A stretch of 64,000 nt of DNA from Eubacteriales bacterium (GTDB lineage Bacteria > Bacillota > Clostridia > Oscillospirales > CAG-272). The notes below the pieces were generated by a model that had not been told where the DNA came from, made no database searches, and saw only the letters and a program-made list of their open reading frames with translations. Of the stretch, positions 16,622 to 26,246 are shown in pieces (position 1 is the first letter of the stretch; every line of letters begins with the position of its first letter). Made by a program: the position numbers and the translations under genes. The stretch covers positions 40,987-104,986 of the forward strand of contig JAXEKG010000004.1 of assembly GCA_034101145.1 (NCBI GenBank), in the 5' to 3' direction.

Positions 16622-17704
16622 TTACAGCAAAAACGCAAGCAGTGTTCCTACTGCGCAGAATGCGGCTGATATAGCACCGAAAAGAGCCCAGAAACGTTTT
16701 TTCGATACGGGAAGCTCGCCGACAAATTTTCCCGTCTGCCCGTTCATTGCAAAGCGATATGTCTTGCCCTTATACTGTGCGCCGAAAACCCACACGGGAA
16801 GCAGGGCATATCGTATTCGGCTTTTGTGCACGTTTATTGATGAGGTGCGAGGCGATACACTGCTGTATCCTGAAACGGTTTGATTGAACATTTGTCGGGT
16901 ACTGTTCGTTATTCTCTCACTTACTCTGGGTGATGCCGAATCGCTGTCAACATCATATTTGTCGGCAAGAAAACCCGACAGATAAGCGGTATTGAAATCG
17001 ACTGCCTCACGATAGTCGAACGGCTCTATCGCCTCCATATATTCGTCATCCATTTTAATGGAGCCGTCAACGGGAACAAGGTCGAACCCGACGTCCCCCT
17101 CTCTGCGTACGAGGTAATGCGAGGTTTCGGTAATCATATAGTCGCCGTGACGATAAGAACGCACACGGGTTGCGTTATACGTCATATCCGCATCGACGTC
17201 CGCATCGAAAAGCCAGAAAGGAACGTATACGCCTTTGACCTCGTCGATTTTGTTTTCATCTATGAAATCACGCGGGAGAAGAAATTTTTTCTTGCAAAAA
17301 CTCTGAAAAGCCTGCTTTGCCTCTTTCTTTTCGACCTTAAAAGGTATTACCATATCAGGCTTGAAGATACCGGCAATTCTGTCGGTTATAACTGCGGCGT
17401 TCCCGCAATACGGGCATATTGTTGCAGCGGTTGTATCGTCGGAAATGAGCTGTGCTCCGCAACTCTTGCAGGTATAAAGGCTCTTTTCCCCGTCAATCTC
17501 GCTCGGCGTGTATTGCTCGAATTCCGGCTCCTTAGCTTCCTTTTCTTTTTTGAGGACCTCTTCGTATTCTTTCAGAGATTCGACGTCGAAACTGCTGTTA
17601 CAATACTCACAGAGCATCTTTTCGCTCTTTGCGTCATATTTGAGAGCCGCCGAACAGTTAGGACACTTATATACTATTGTTTTTTCGTCCATATTCGCAT
17701 ACAT
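16622..17704 (-). CDS. double zinc-ribbon membrane-anchored protein (YdjG-like)
   Basis: YKCPNCSAAL..CEYCNSSF and YTCKSCGAQL..CPYCGNAAV ribbons, plus a C-terminal TM helix. First gene of a three-gene operon in the same order as B. subtilis ydjGHI. Confidence 0.62.
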   Translation of the reverse strand: MYANMDEKTIVYKCPNCSAALKYDAKSEKMLCEYCNSSFDVESLKEYEEVLKKEKEAKEPEFEQYTPSEIDGEKSLYTCKSCGAQLISDDTTAATICPYCGNAAVITDRIAGIFKPDMVIPFKVEKKEAKQAFQSFCKKKFLLPRDFIDENKIDEVKGVYVPFWLFDADVDADMTYNATRVRSYRHGDYMITETSHYLVRREGDVGFDLVPVDGSIKMDDEYMEAIEPFDYREAVDFNTAYLSGFLADKYDVDSDSASPRVSERITNSTRQMFNQTVSGYSSVSPRTSSINVHKSRIRYALLPVWVFGAQYKGKTYRFAMNGQTGKFVGELPVSKKRFWALFGAISAAFCAVGTLLAFLL

Positions 17705-17878
17705 CCTCCTCCCTGTTTTGCAAAATTAAATAAAACATCTTCGGCATAATTTTAACATATGGATTCACAAAAATCAACAAAAAACTCAATTAAACGAATA
17801 AATTTTACATTTACGCGGTTCGCGTTTTCCCTTTCCCGTAAAATGTATTCGCAAAAGACAAAAAATATTTACAAAATA

Positions 17879-17906
17879 TTGACTTTTTATGTTTGTTATG
17901 ATATTA
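17879..17906 (+). promoter_or_regulatory. candidate promoter of the thrS leader
   Basis: TTGACT (17879-17884), a 16-nt spacer, then TGaTATTAT extended -10 (17898-17906). Confidence 0.4.
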
Positions 17907-17929
17907 TTGTTTTATTCCTATTAAATTAA

Positions 17930-18155
17930 AAACAGTGACGGAGAGAGTAACCCTGCCCGGACATTCAGAGAGGGAATGTTTGCTGAAAATTCCTTGTCAA
18001 GGTTTGTGTGAAAACCACTCCCGAGTTGCACTGCGGAAATCAGTATGCAGTGCCGTTTGCCGCGTTAAGGACAATTAAGTTAAAAATCAAGGTGGAACCG
18101 TGCTACTCGCACCCTTGACCGATTCCTATGCAGTCGGTCGGGGGTTTTGTTTTTA
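17930..18155 (+). promoter_or_regulatory. T-box riboswitch leader, Thr specifier (ACC)
   Basis: Stem I with an AGAGA box (CAGAGAGGG). Specifier loop GAAA-ACC-A at 18014-18016. T-box sequence AATCAAGGTGGAACCGTG at ~18085-18102. Terminator CTTGACCGA...TCGGTCGGGGGTTTTGTTTTT. Confidence 0.85.
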
Positions 18156-18233
18156 TAACCATAAAATCGACGGCATAGCCAATCGTAACGGAATATCATT
18201 ATTAAGCAACAAATCAGTTCGGAGGATTTTGAA

Positions 18234-20000
18234 ATGAAGGTTATTTACAATGACGGAACCACAGGAGTCTGCGAGGACTCTGCGGAAAAACTGCACATTC
18301 TCAGACATTCGGCGGCTCACATCATGGCGCAGGCGGTAAAGAGACTATATCCTTGTGCGAAATTTGCATACGGTCCTGCAAATGAAAAAGGGTTTTACTA
18401 CGATATTGACCTCGGAGATATAAAGCTAACCGATGCCGACCTTGTCGCAATCGAAAAGGAAATGAAGGCGATTGTCAAGGAAAATCTGCCGATAAAGCCG
18501 TTCATTTTGCCAAGAAACGAAGCTGTAAAGCTTATGCAGGAGAGGGGCGAAACGTACAAGGTTGAACATATTGCCGACCTGGATGAGACGGAGCCTATCA
18601 GCTTCTATCAGCAGGGCGACTATATAGATATGTGTCGCGGCCCTCATATAACGTATACCAAGGCTCTTAAGGCGTTCAAAATAACGGGACAGAGCGGTGC
18701 TTATTGGAAAAACGACAGTAACAACAAGATGCTGACCAGAATAAACGGTACCGCTTTTGAGACGCAGGAAGAACTCGACAACCATATGAAGATGCTCGAG
18801 GAAGCGGCAAAACGCGACCACCGTCGCATCGGCAAGGAAATGAATCTGTTTATGTTTGCGGAGGAAGCCCCCGGTTTCCCATTCTTCCTTCCGAACGGTA
18901 TGGCAATAAAGAACACTCTCATTGACTACTGGCGCGAAATCCATAAGCGTGATAATTACGTTGAAATCTCCACTCCCCTTATAATGAACCGTCATCTTTG
19001 GGAGACAAGCGGACACTGGGACCATTACAAGGATAATATGTATTCGACGACAATAGACGACGAAACGTATTGCATAAAGCCGATGAACTGTCCCGGCGGA
19101 GTTATGGTTTACCGTTCAAAACCCCACAGCTATCGCGAGCTTCCGATGAGAGTGGGCGAACTCGGAGTCGTTCACCGTCACGAGCTTAAAGGTGCGCTTC
19201 ACGGACTGTTCCGTGTCCGTTGCTTTACGCAAGATGATGCGCATATCTTCATGAGACGTGAACAGATTACCGACGAAATAGCCGGCGTCGTACACCTCAT
19301 AAACGAGGTATATAACAAATTCGGCTTCAAGTATTACGTAGAGCTTTCTACCCGCCCCGAAAACAGCATGGGAAGCGACGAGGACTGGGAGGCCGCAACA
19401 AACGGACTTATCGGCGCGCTCAACAAGCTCAATATGCCTTATACGATAAATGAAGGTGACGGCGCATTTTACGGTCCTAAAATCGACTTTCACCTCGAGG
19501 ACTCACTAGGAAGAACCTGGCAGTGCGGAACGATTCAACTCGACTTCCAGATGCCCCTTAACTTCGGACTTGAATACGTCGATGAAAAGGGAGAAAAGCA
19601 GCGCCCCATCATGATTCACCGCGTATGCTTCGGCTCTATCGAGCGTTTCATCGGTATACTTACCGAGCATTTTGCAGGCAAATTTCCCGTATGGCTCGCG
19701 CCTGTTCAGGCAAAGGTTCTGCTCGTCTCCGAAAAGAGTGCAGAATATGCAAAAAAAGTGTATAATACCCTCAGGGATGCAAAGGTGCGTGTAGAGCTTG
19801 ATAACAGAAACGAAAAAATCGGTTATATGATAAGAGAAGCTCAAACCGTTGACCGTGTACCATACATGGTTATAATCGGACAGAAAGAAGCCGAGGAAGG
19901 CATTGTATCCATTCGCAACCGCGACACCGCACAGACGACGGAAATGTCGCTCGAAGAATTCCTGTCTAAGATAACCGCGGAAATAAAAGACCGAGTGTAA
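18234..20000 (+). CDS. thrS: threonine--tRNA ligase (short form lacking the N-terminal TGS domain)
   Basis: Editing-domain motif RHSAAHIMAQAV at residue ~24. Class II motifs follow (FRVRCFTQDDAHIF, GAFYGPKIDF), then the anticodon-binding domain. Preceded by the Thr T-box. Confidence 0.95.
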   Translation: MKVIYNDGTTGVCEDSAEKLHILRHSAAHIMAQAVKRLYPCAKFAYGPANEKGFYYDIDLGDIKLTDADLVAIEKEMKAIVKENLPIKPFILPRNEAVKLMQERGETYKVEHIADLDETEPISFYQQGDYIDMCRGPHITYTKALKAFKITGQSGAYWKNDSNNKMLTRINGTAFETQEELDNHMKMLEEAAKRDHRRIGKEMNLFMFAEEAPGFPFFLPNGMAIKNTLIDYWREIHKRDNYVEISTPLIMNRHLWETSGHWDHYKDNMYSTTIDDETYCIKPMNCPGGVMVYRSKPHSYRELPMRVGELGVVHRHELKGALHGLFRVRCFTQDDAHIFMRREQITDEIAGVVHLINEVYNKFGFKYYVELSTRPENSMGSDEDWEAATNGLIGALNKLNMPYTINEGDGAFYGPKIDFHLEDSLGRTWQCGTIQLDFQMPLNFGLEYVDEKGEKQRPIMIHRVCFGSIERFIGILTEHFAGKFPVWLAPVQAKVLLVSEKSAEYAKKVYNTLRDAKVRVELDNRNEKIGYMIREAQTVDRVPYMVIIGQKEAEEGIVSIRNRDTAQTTEMSLEEFLSKITAEIKDRV

Positions 20001-20007
20001 ACACAAC

Positions 20008-20138
20008 GGGGCTGAGTCAAATTAAAATTTTCGCTTACTCCCTTGTTACAAAATCACCTGCTGTCAATAAAAGATAGCGGGTGATTTTTGTATAGGTTGA
20101 CGGTTGATTGGAAAATTTGTCCAAACCTGACTCAGCCC
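20008..20138. repeat. MITE-like element copy 1 (11-bp perfect terminal inverted repeats around a terminator hairpin)
   Basis: GGGCTGAGTCA at 20009-20019 and TGACTCAGCCC at 20128-20138. Central hairpin ATCACCTGCT...AGCGGGTGATTTTT. Internal TTTGTATAGGTTGA box. Confidence 0.72.
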
Positions 20139-20261
20139 TTTCCTTAAAATGAATAAATATCACGAATATTTTTCACTTTTATAAAATAAAATCAATTATA
20201 TAAGCAAAGGTAATAACGCTTTTATAATTGAGACGTTGCCGATGAAAGGAACTGTATTCGT

Positions 20262-20735
20262 ATGAAAAGATTAAAACCGTATATTATATCCGTTGCCATA
20301 GCCCTCGGCGTCGGTTTGCTCTCCGCTTTTCTTACCGGAGACAGCATGGATATCTATAAGACAGTAAATCTACCACCTCTCGCCCCTCCTTCGATACTCT
20401 TCCCCATCGTATGGACAATTTTATTTATCCTTATGGGAATAGGCGCCGCCTTGGTTTATTCACGTAAAGATGAAATGCCTAAAGCTGTATCAAACGCTCT
20501 CTCTACATACGCTGTAAATCTGATAGTCAATTTCATGTGGAGCATCATATTCTTTAATTTCCGTGCATTTCTTCTGTCTTTCGTATGGCTCATTTTTCTT
20601 CTCGCCGTCATAATAAAAATGATAAAGGTTTTTTGGAAGGTTTCAAAGGTCGCCGCTGTTTTACAGATTCCTTATCTTATATGGGTAGCTTTCGCAGGAT
20701 ATCTGAATTTTGCGATTTTTCTTCTTAATCGTTAA
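20262..20735 (+). CDS. tspO: TspO/MBR family tryptophan-rich sensory protein
   Basis: 157 aa, five TM segments. Motifs PPSILFPIVWTILF, NFMWSIIFF, YLIWVAFAGYLNF. Confidence 0.85.
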   Translation: MKRLKPYIISVAIALGVGLLSAFLTGDSMDIYKTVNLPPLAPPSILFPIVWTILFILMGIGAALVYSRKDEMPKAVSNALSTYAVNLIVNFMWSIIFFNFRAFLLSFVWLIFLLAVIIKMIKVFWKVSKVAAVLQIPYLIWVAFAGYLNFAIFLLNR

Positions 20736-20773
20736 TAAAAAAGCGACCTGCCGAGCGTCAGGTCACTTTTCTT

Positions 20774-21313
20774 TTACTCATTCTTGTTTTTGAGAGACTC
20801 GGAAATCTGCATAAGGAGCTTTTCCTGGTTGAGAACGCTTTCCTCGAGCATTTTCTGTCTTTCGGCAAGGGCTTTCGCAGCTTCGTCTGCGGCTTTTTTC
20901 GCTTCTTCTGCTTTTTTCTTTGCCTCGTCGGCCTTTTTCTTTTCTTCTTCTATTTTGTCCGCGTCAATTACGTTTCTCGCCTTCATAACGACTCGAAGCA
21001 TAACGAATACGCATAGCGCTACTATGAGAAAATCAATAATAGTCTGAAGCCATGTACCCCACATAATCGCCACCTCTGCGGTAACGACTTTACCTGCATC
21101 GTCAAGCTTCTCCGGCGTTATAACCGTTTTAAGCTCGCTAAGTCCGGTGCCGTTTCCCGTGAAAACAGCGACTATGGGATTTATTATGTAGTTGACAAGT
21201 CCCGTGACTATCTTTCCGAACGCTCCGCCTATGACAACGCCGACAGCCATGTCCATCACGTTTCCGCGTGAAATGAATTTCTTGAAATCTTCAAAAAATG
21301 TGTTTTTTTTCAT
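20774..21313 (-). CDS. mscL: large-conductance mechanosensitive channel with a long Lys/Glu/Ala-rich C-terminal extension
   Basis: FKKFISRGNVMDMAVGVVIGGAFGKIV N-terminus. 179 aa, versus the ~130-150 typical. Confidence 0.9.
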   Translation of the reverse strand: MKKNTFFEDFKKFISRGNVMDMAVGVVIGGAFGKIVTGLVNYIINPIVAVFTGNGTGLSELKTVITPEKLDDAGKVVTAEVAIMWGTWLQTIIDFLIVALCVFVMLRVVMKARNVIDADKIEEEKKKADEAKKKAEEAKKAADEAAKALAERQKMLEESVLNQEKLLMQISESLKNKNE

Positions 21314-21386
21314 GTTTCATAAACCTTTGCAGCATTATTTATTTGTTGAACGAGATTGGATATACGAGCATATCACGTGGTTGGAT

Positions 21387-21578
21387 TTAATTATATATCA
21401 TTAAAAACGCATTGTCAACTTTTAAATTGTTTTTGCCTTTTGCTTCTAAAAAATCGACAAATTTTCCTTCGGAATACGTGCATTTTCCGACTGTTTTACC
21501 ATTGCCGAATTCAAATACGCAATCCACATGACAAAACGGTCGTTTACCTAAACCTTCATAGTTATCGATAGCTAACAC
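21387..21578 (-). CDS. hypothetical small protein (63 aa, GTG start); possibly a gene remnant
   Basis: ORF only. No ATG start or convincing RBS, and no recognised motif. Confidence 0.25.
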   Translation of the reverse strand: MLAIDNYEGLGKRPFCHVDCVFEFGNGKTVGKCTYSEGKFVDFLEAKGKNNLKVDNAFLMIYN

Positions 21579-21680
21579 GCACGGTTTTCTTTTTACATAG
21601 TTTTTCTTCTTGTCAGCGTGTTTATATCAATTTCGTCTGCTACCGATTATATTCTTGACGAGTTGAATGTTATTTCCAGT

Positions 21681-22988
21681 TCAGTTATTTACTATGCACA
21701 CGTTATTGCTTTTAACGTCGGTTGCATCTTCGGTAATAATCATATTTCTTACGTCGTTCTCCTTGAACGAAAAGCTCAGATTCTCGAGCGATACGGAATC
21801 AGCATGTCTTATATATATACCCTTTGCCGGCAGTGGGTCAAATCTGTGAAATTCCGGATACAAATCCTTCATTTCGCGGACAAACGAAGGTATTTTCCCT
21901 AAGTATCCTCCCGGCAAAGCAAAACTCGAATTTGTGATTTTCAGATCCTTGATTGTGTTTGCTTCCGTCCCCGATATAACGATACCCCCTATGGAATTAC
22001 CCCATATTTCACCATCGTAAAAGCCCCTCTCGGGCGCACGTACAACATCAGCGGTTATGTTGTTTAGCTTAACGTTTTTGATACTTGAGCGCTTGTTGCT
22101 TTTTTCGGTGGCGTACTCACGGTTTCTCTCCCCGTTTGCCACGAATATGGGTCCGGTGCAGTTTTCCATGAGTATGTCGGAAATATTTACGTTTTCAACA
22201 CTGCCCCCGTCGGTAGGAACAATTTTTATTCCCCCGCCTAACACGTCATGAAAACAACAGTGGTCAACGGTTACGTTCTCAAAATCTCCCACCGATTCCG
22301 TTCCTATTTTGAAAGCTCCCCAGTCCGAAGATACACGGCAGTTTTTTACCGTAATATTTCTGCATGGGTGAGTCGAAGTGGTTTTTAAGCATATTGCGTC
22401 GTCTCCGCTTGAAATATCGCATCCGATAATTCTGACATTCTGAGAAGAATCTACGTCTATTCCGTCGTTATTGGCACAACCCCTGTTATATATAACGACA
22501 TTTTCCACCGTTACGTCCGAGCATTGGCATATATGAATACACCATGAAGGCGATGACTCTACGCGAAAATCGGATATGGTTATATTGTGAGAACCGAATA
22601 TGCGCAAAAGAAACGGTCTCTCGGAAGACTTGAGCTTATCACCGTTTCCGCGTATAAGTCCGGGTCCTTTAATTTTAACGTTGGAGACCTTATCAAATAT
22701 TATAAGAGCTTTTCCTCTTTTTACTCCAACCGCATCGACAAACCCGGCCTCTCCGTCGGAATATGCCGAAATATCCGTAGATGCGTCGAATACAGCACCG
22801 TCCTCAAACACGATACTTACGTTGTCCCGCAAGAACAAAGTCTCTATACGGTATACCCCCTCATTGATAACGAGTGTTTTACCGCAAGAGGATGCCGTAT
22901 CGATTGCCTTCTGAACGGCCCCTGTATCGTCATTCCTGCCATCGCCACAAGCACCAAATTCTTTAATACTTATAACGGCTTCTTTCAC
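21681..22988 (-). CDS. glycoside hydrolase family 28 (polygalacturonase-like, right-handed beta-helix)
   Basis: NNDGIDVDSSQNVRIIGCDISSGDDAICLKT and RVSSDWGAFKIGTE motifs. Confidence 0.8.
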   Translation of the reverse strand: MKEAVISIKEFGACGDGRNDDTGAVQKAIDTASSCGKTLVINEGVYRIETLFLRDNVSIVFEDGAVFDASTDISAYSDGEAGFVDAVGVKRGKALIIFDKVSNVKIKGPGLIRGNGDKLKSSERPFLLRIFGSHNITISDFRVESSPSWCIHICQCSDVTVENVVIYNRGCANNDGIDVDSSQNVRIIGCDISSGDDAICLKTTSTHPCRNITVKNCRVSSDWGAFKIGTESVGDFENVTVDHCCFHDVLGGGIKIVPTDGGSVENVNISDILMENCTGPIFVANGERNREYATEKSNKRSSIKNVKLNNITADVVRAPERGFYDGEIWGNSIGGIVISGTEANTIKDLKITNSSFALPGGYLGKIPSFVREMKDLYPEFHRFDPLPAKGIYIRHADSVSLENLSFSFKENDVRNMIITEDATDVKSNNVCIVNN

Positions 22989-24244
22989 TTCTTTATCTCC
23001 TTTGTATGTATGTTTGTATTGTACATATCATCGCCTTTCATGCTAAGACCGGCAAGAAGAAGAGCGCCGTAATATCTTTCGTACTTGCAGACGTTTATCT
23101 TCACACCTGTGTTTTCGAGCTGTCTTTCCATTATCGGAAGAATGACATCGGAATACTCGCACATTCCGCCTATCAGATTCACCTCTGTACCACCATCAAA
23201 ATAGGATAGGGCTATCCGCAGCTTGTCCGTAAACAGCGATATATTGTTCTCTATTATTCTCACCGCTGATTCATCTCCGAGACGGTATGCCGAAAAAGCA
23301 ATATGCGCGAATGAGGAAATATAACTTTTGCCCTTTCGGTAAATGTTACCGAGAGCATCCGTGACATTACCCGACAGCTTTTTTTCGCACATAGAGGAGA
23401 GCATGGTTTTAATATCGCTGTGATATGACATAAGCGCCTCTTCAATAACCGAGCGACCTATATCGTAAAAACAACCTCCGTCATAAAGAAGATAGCCGTA
23501 ACCGCCTATCCGCTTTCTCTCTCCGTTTTTAACAGCATATATAATACTGCCGGTGCCCATAATAGCACATATTCCGTCTTTTTTGCCGAGAGTTACGGCA
23601 ATAGCGCTCTCAACACTGTGAGCAACGCAATATTTTGAGAATCCGTATCTGGCGAGCATAAGCTCCAGTTCGCCGTTCGGATCTCCCGTGTCAAACCCCG
23701 AAACACCGACAAAAGCGGAGACGAGTCCGCAGGGTATACCTCTTATGATTTCCGAAATTCCGGAATCGACAACGTTTTTGGTATATTCGAGGCCGACGTC
23801 CACGGGGTTTGCGCCATCACGGTCACATGAACGCAGAACTTTCCCGTTTTTGTCTGAAAGAACAAAAACGCTTCTTACTGCCCCGATATCAACTCCGAGG
23901 AAATAAGAGGGCGCACCGCTGTATCCTACGAGAGTGTTGACGTCAGTCCCGAGAGCCTGCGCAAGATTGACCAGAGTGGCTAATGACGGCTCCGAATCTC
24001 CTCTCTCCCACTTACTGACGCTTTTCTCCGAATATCCTATAAGCTCACCGAGTTTTTTTTGTGTGAAATTCATTCTTTCTCGCAGACACCGAAGTGTATT
24101 GCCGAAGTTTACCGCATTATCGGCGACGACGAATCTATCGGCGTCTTGTCTTTTATTTTCGACGTAAAATTCGTTTCTCACTGATAAATCCCCCAAAGAC
24201 GAATAACGGCAAATGCCGAAATCAGTAAAGCGTGTTTTATACAC
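22985..24244 (-). CDS. XRE-type HTH fused to a BadF/BadG/BcrA/BcrD-type (GlcNAc-kinase-like) ATPase domain
   Basis: The HTH reads LRERMNFTQKKLGELIGYSEKSVSKWERGDSEPSLATLVNLAQALG. An ASKHA-like fold follows (FLGVDIGAV..., GTGSIIYA, IGGYGYLLYDGG). The true start is uncertain. Confidence 0.62.
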   Translation of the reverse strand: MYKTRFTDFGICRYSSLGDLSVRNEFYVENKRQDADRFVVADNAVNFGNTLRCLRERMNFTQKKLGELIGYSEKSVSKWERGDSEPSLATLVNLAQALGTDVNTLVGYSGAPSYFLGVDIGAVRSVFVLSDKNGKVLRSCDRDGANPVDVGLEYTKNVVDSGISEIIRGIPCGLVSAFVGVSGFDTGDPNGELELMLARYGFSKYCVAHSVESAIAVTLGKKDGICAIMGTGSIIYAVKNGERKRIGGYGYLLYDGGCFYDIGRSVIEEALMSYHSDIKTMLSSMCEKKLSGNVTDALGNIYRKGKSYISSFAHIAFSAYRLGDESAVRIIENNISLFTDKLRIALSYFDGGTEVNLIGGMCEYSDVILPIMERQLENTGVKINVCKYERYYGALLLAGLSMKGDDMYNTNIHTKEIKK

Positions 24245-24356
24245 ATATATTACAATAATAATGTCAAAAAGTCAAATAGCCCGGCAAAAGCATTTTAGTT
24301 AACACTTTGTTAATAAAGCTCTTGTGTTTTCAAAAATGTTCAATTTTGATTTAACT

Positions 24357-24390
24357 AAAAGCTTGCTTGAATCAACAAGTTCAAGCAAGT
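24357..24390 (-). terminator. terminator of the 24498..25751 gene
   Basis: CTTGCTTGAA-loop-TTCAAGCAAG perfect 10-bp stem, with a U-run on the minus strand. Confidence 0.5.
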
Positions 24391-24497
24391 CATTGAGATT
24401 CGTCTGCAAGTCGGAAACAAACCGAATTACAGATAGATACATTCACCTGAGTGAGTTGTTTTGAAAAGAGCAAGAAATGATATTACCCGGGAAATAA

Positions 24498-25751
24498 CTA
24501 CGCATTCATCATCATATCGGAAAACCTTTTCGGCGGAGTAAGATCGGGGACTATTGCCCCGTTATCGGCAAGCCTTTCGCGAAGAAGAAAAACGTCAACC
24601 GTATGAACGTTACCGTCCTTTGCCATAGTTGCGGCTGTCCCTGCTGCCTCACCGATGGCCATACAGCTTGCCTTTACCCTCAGGGCGCTCGATGCCCCTC
24701 TGTCGGCATCAATACATCTGCCGCATACGAGCATATTTTCAATTCCTCTGACCGGCATAGATGCATACGGAATTTTCGGGGTTATACCGCTGTTAAGAAT
24801 TTTGAAAAATCCATCTTTGTCGTTATGAATGTCGACGTACCAGAAGGAATAGCATACTGCCCCATCTGCACTGCCGCTTTCATATTCATCAAGCGTAAGC
24901 GTATGGTCGCAGACGATTCTGCGGCTTTCTCTGACCGCGCAACGAGGAGCAGTTGCAAGAAAAGAAAAATCAGAACAGTCGTTTTTCAATTTATTCTGCA
25001 TATCTAACAGAAGTTTTCGCGCATCTATTTCTCCTTTTGTCTGTTTTTCCGTGTCAGTGGGGTCATAACCCACAATATGATTAATATTATCACCACGTTG
25101 AAGAGATGAATAAAGAAACAAGGAGCGGCTCTCATCGGATAACTTATCCCCAAAATCAGATGGATAGACACGCATGGTTGCAGGCTGAAGTATACCGTTT
25201 TCATCACCCATCCTGTACTCTGCGCCTGCAAGATACGCTGCAGTACCGTCACCCGTTGCATCTATTATCACGCGGGCAGATATCCGTAAAAGTCCTTCCG
25301 GGACGGAGAAAATCGCCGACTCCGCTCTGCTGTCGCTCATTTCGATATCAGCAAGAGTTGCGCCGTACATGACTCTTACTCCGCTATCGACGAGCATCTC
25401 ATCCATAACGGTTGCCGCTGCCAATGAATTCACTTTCACACCGAATTTCACACTCTTGCCTTTACATTCGGCATCCATATCCGGAATGTAAGCATATCCC
25501 AGCGAATTAAGTTTTAACACCAATTCCCATGCGATACCGCCGATTATCATTTTCGCGTCGTGTAAAAAGGGATTATTGAATTCATCAATGGAATTGTTTC
25601 CTCCAACCGTCAGTACTCCGCCGGCCATACATTCCCTCTCCGCCAAAATTACGTCAGCACCCGAGCGTGCCGCGGCAACAGCCGCGGTGAAGCCTGCGCT
25701 TCCTGCGCCGATAACCAGCACCTCGCAGTTTTCTTCTTTTCTTATTCTCAT
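24498..25751 (-). CDS. FAD-dependent oxidoreductase (PF12831-like)
   Basis: VLVIGAGSAGFTAAVAAARSGADVILAERE dinucleotide-binding N-terminus. C-terminal GRCID...ALRV...AIGEAAG pattern. Confidence 0.78.
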   Translation of the reverse strand: MRIRKEENCEVLVIGAGSAGFTAAVAAARSGADVILAERECMAGGVLTVGGNNSIDEFNNPFLHDAKMIIGGIAWELVLKLNSLGYAYIPDMDAECKGKSVKFGVKVNSLAAATVMDEMLVDSGVRVMYGATLADIEMSDSRAESAIFSVPEGLLRISARVIIDATGDGTAAYLAGAEYRMGDENGILQPATMRVYPSDFGDKLSDESRSLFLYSSLQRGDNINHIVGYDPTDTEKQTKGEIDARKLLLDMQNKLKNDCSDFSFLATAPRCAVRESRRIVCDHTLTLDEYESGSADGAVCYSFWYVDIHNDKDGFFKILNSGITPKIPYASMPVRGIENMLVCGRCIDADRGASSALRVKASCMAIGEAAGTAATMAKDGNVHTVDVFLLRERLADNGAIVPDLTPPKRFSDMMMNA

Positions 25752-26246
25752 ACTCTCTCAAAATAATAGAACTTTTTACAGAAAAGCTGATGCAAATGCT
25801 CTTCACGTTAAAATGCTCGATTTATAAATATTATTTCAAAATAACAACGTAATGCTACCCGCCTGCATGAGCGTAAACCATTTGAAATCATATACTCTGT
25901 TTCACCGCCGAATAGCCGAACTCAAATTCACTTTAATTATAAACTTTAACGATTTTTTTGTCAAGCCGTTTTGTCAGTTCTCGTAAAACCGAGATAAGTA
26001 TTCTCTCTCCGATTGTTTTTGAGCGTTAAGCGCGCTTTCAGTTTTGACTACCGAGCTTTTCCGAGTATCCGCAAAATCTCTGATAAAAAAGAGCTCGGAA
26101 CGTTTTTGTCCGAACTCTTTTCCGAATACTGCAAATAAAAGTTTCTGAAATTGCACATAATTTCCGGAAGTAATATTGCAGGTTTTGTTTACAATTTATT
26201 CATAAACATATTGTGTTTTGCAAAATTGTGTCGAAATATGTGTATA

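Noticed and set aside
17117-17749. 210-aa plus-strand ORF opposite the ydjG-like gene. Similar antisense ORFs occur at 27225..27962, 38016..38588, 41526..42101, 34853..35407, 19506..20006 and 60733..61344.
   Set aside because: Each lies entirely within a well-supported gene on the other strand and has a low-complexity or unrecognisable translation. The 60.7-61.3 kb case is explained by the high GC content there.
25974-26156. 60-aa minus-strand ORF with an AraC-C-terminus-like stretch (LFAVFGKEFGQKRSELF).
   Set aside because: It is too short and degenerate to call. I note it only as a possible remnant in the 500-bp spacer upstream of the GH20 gene.
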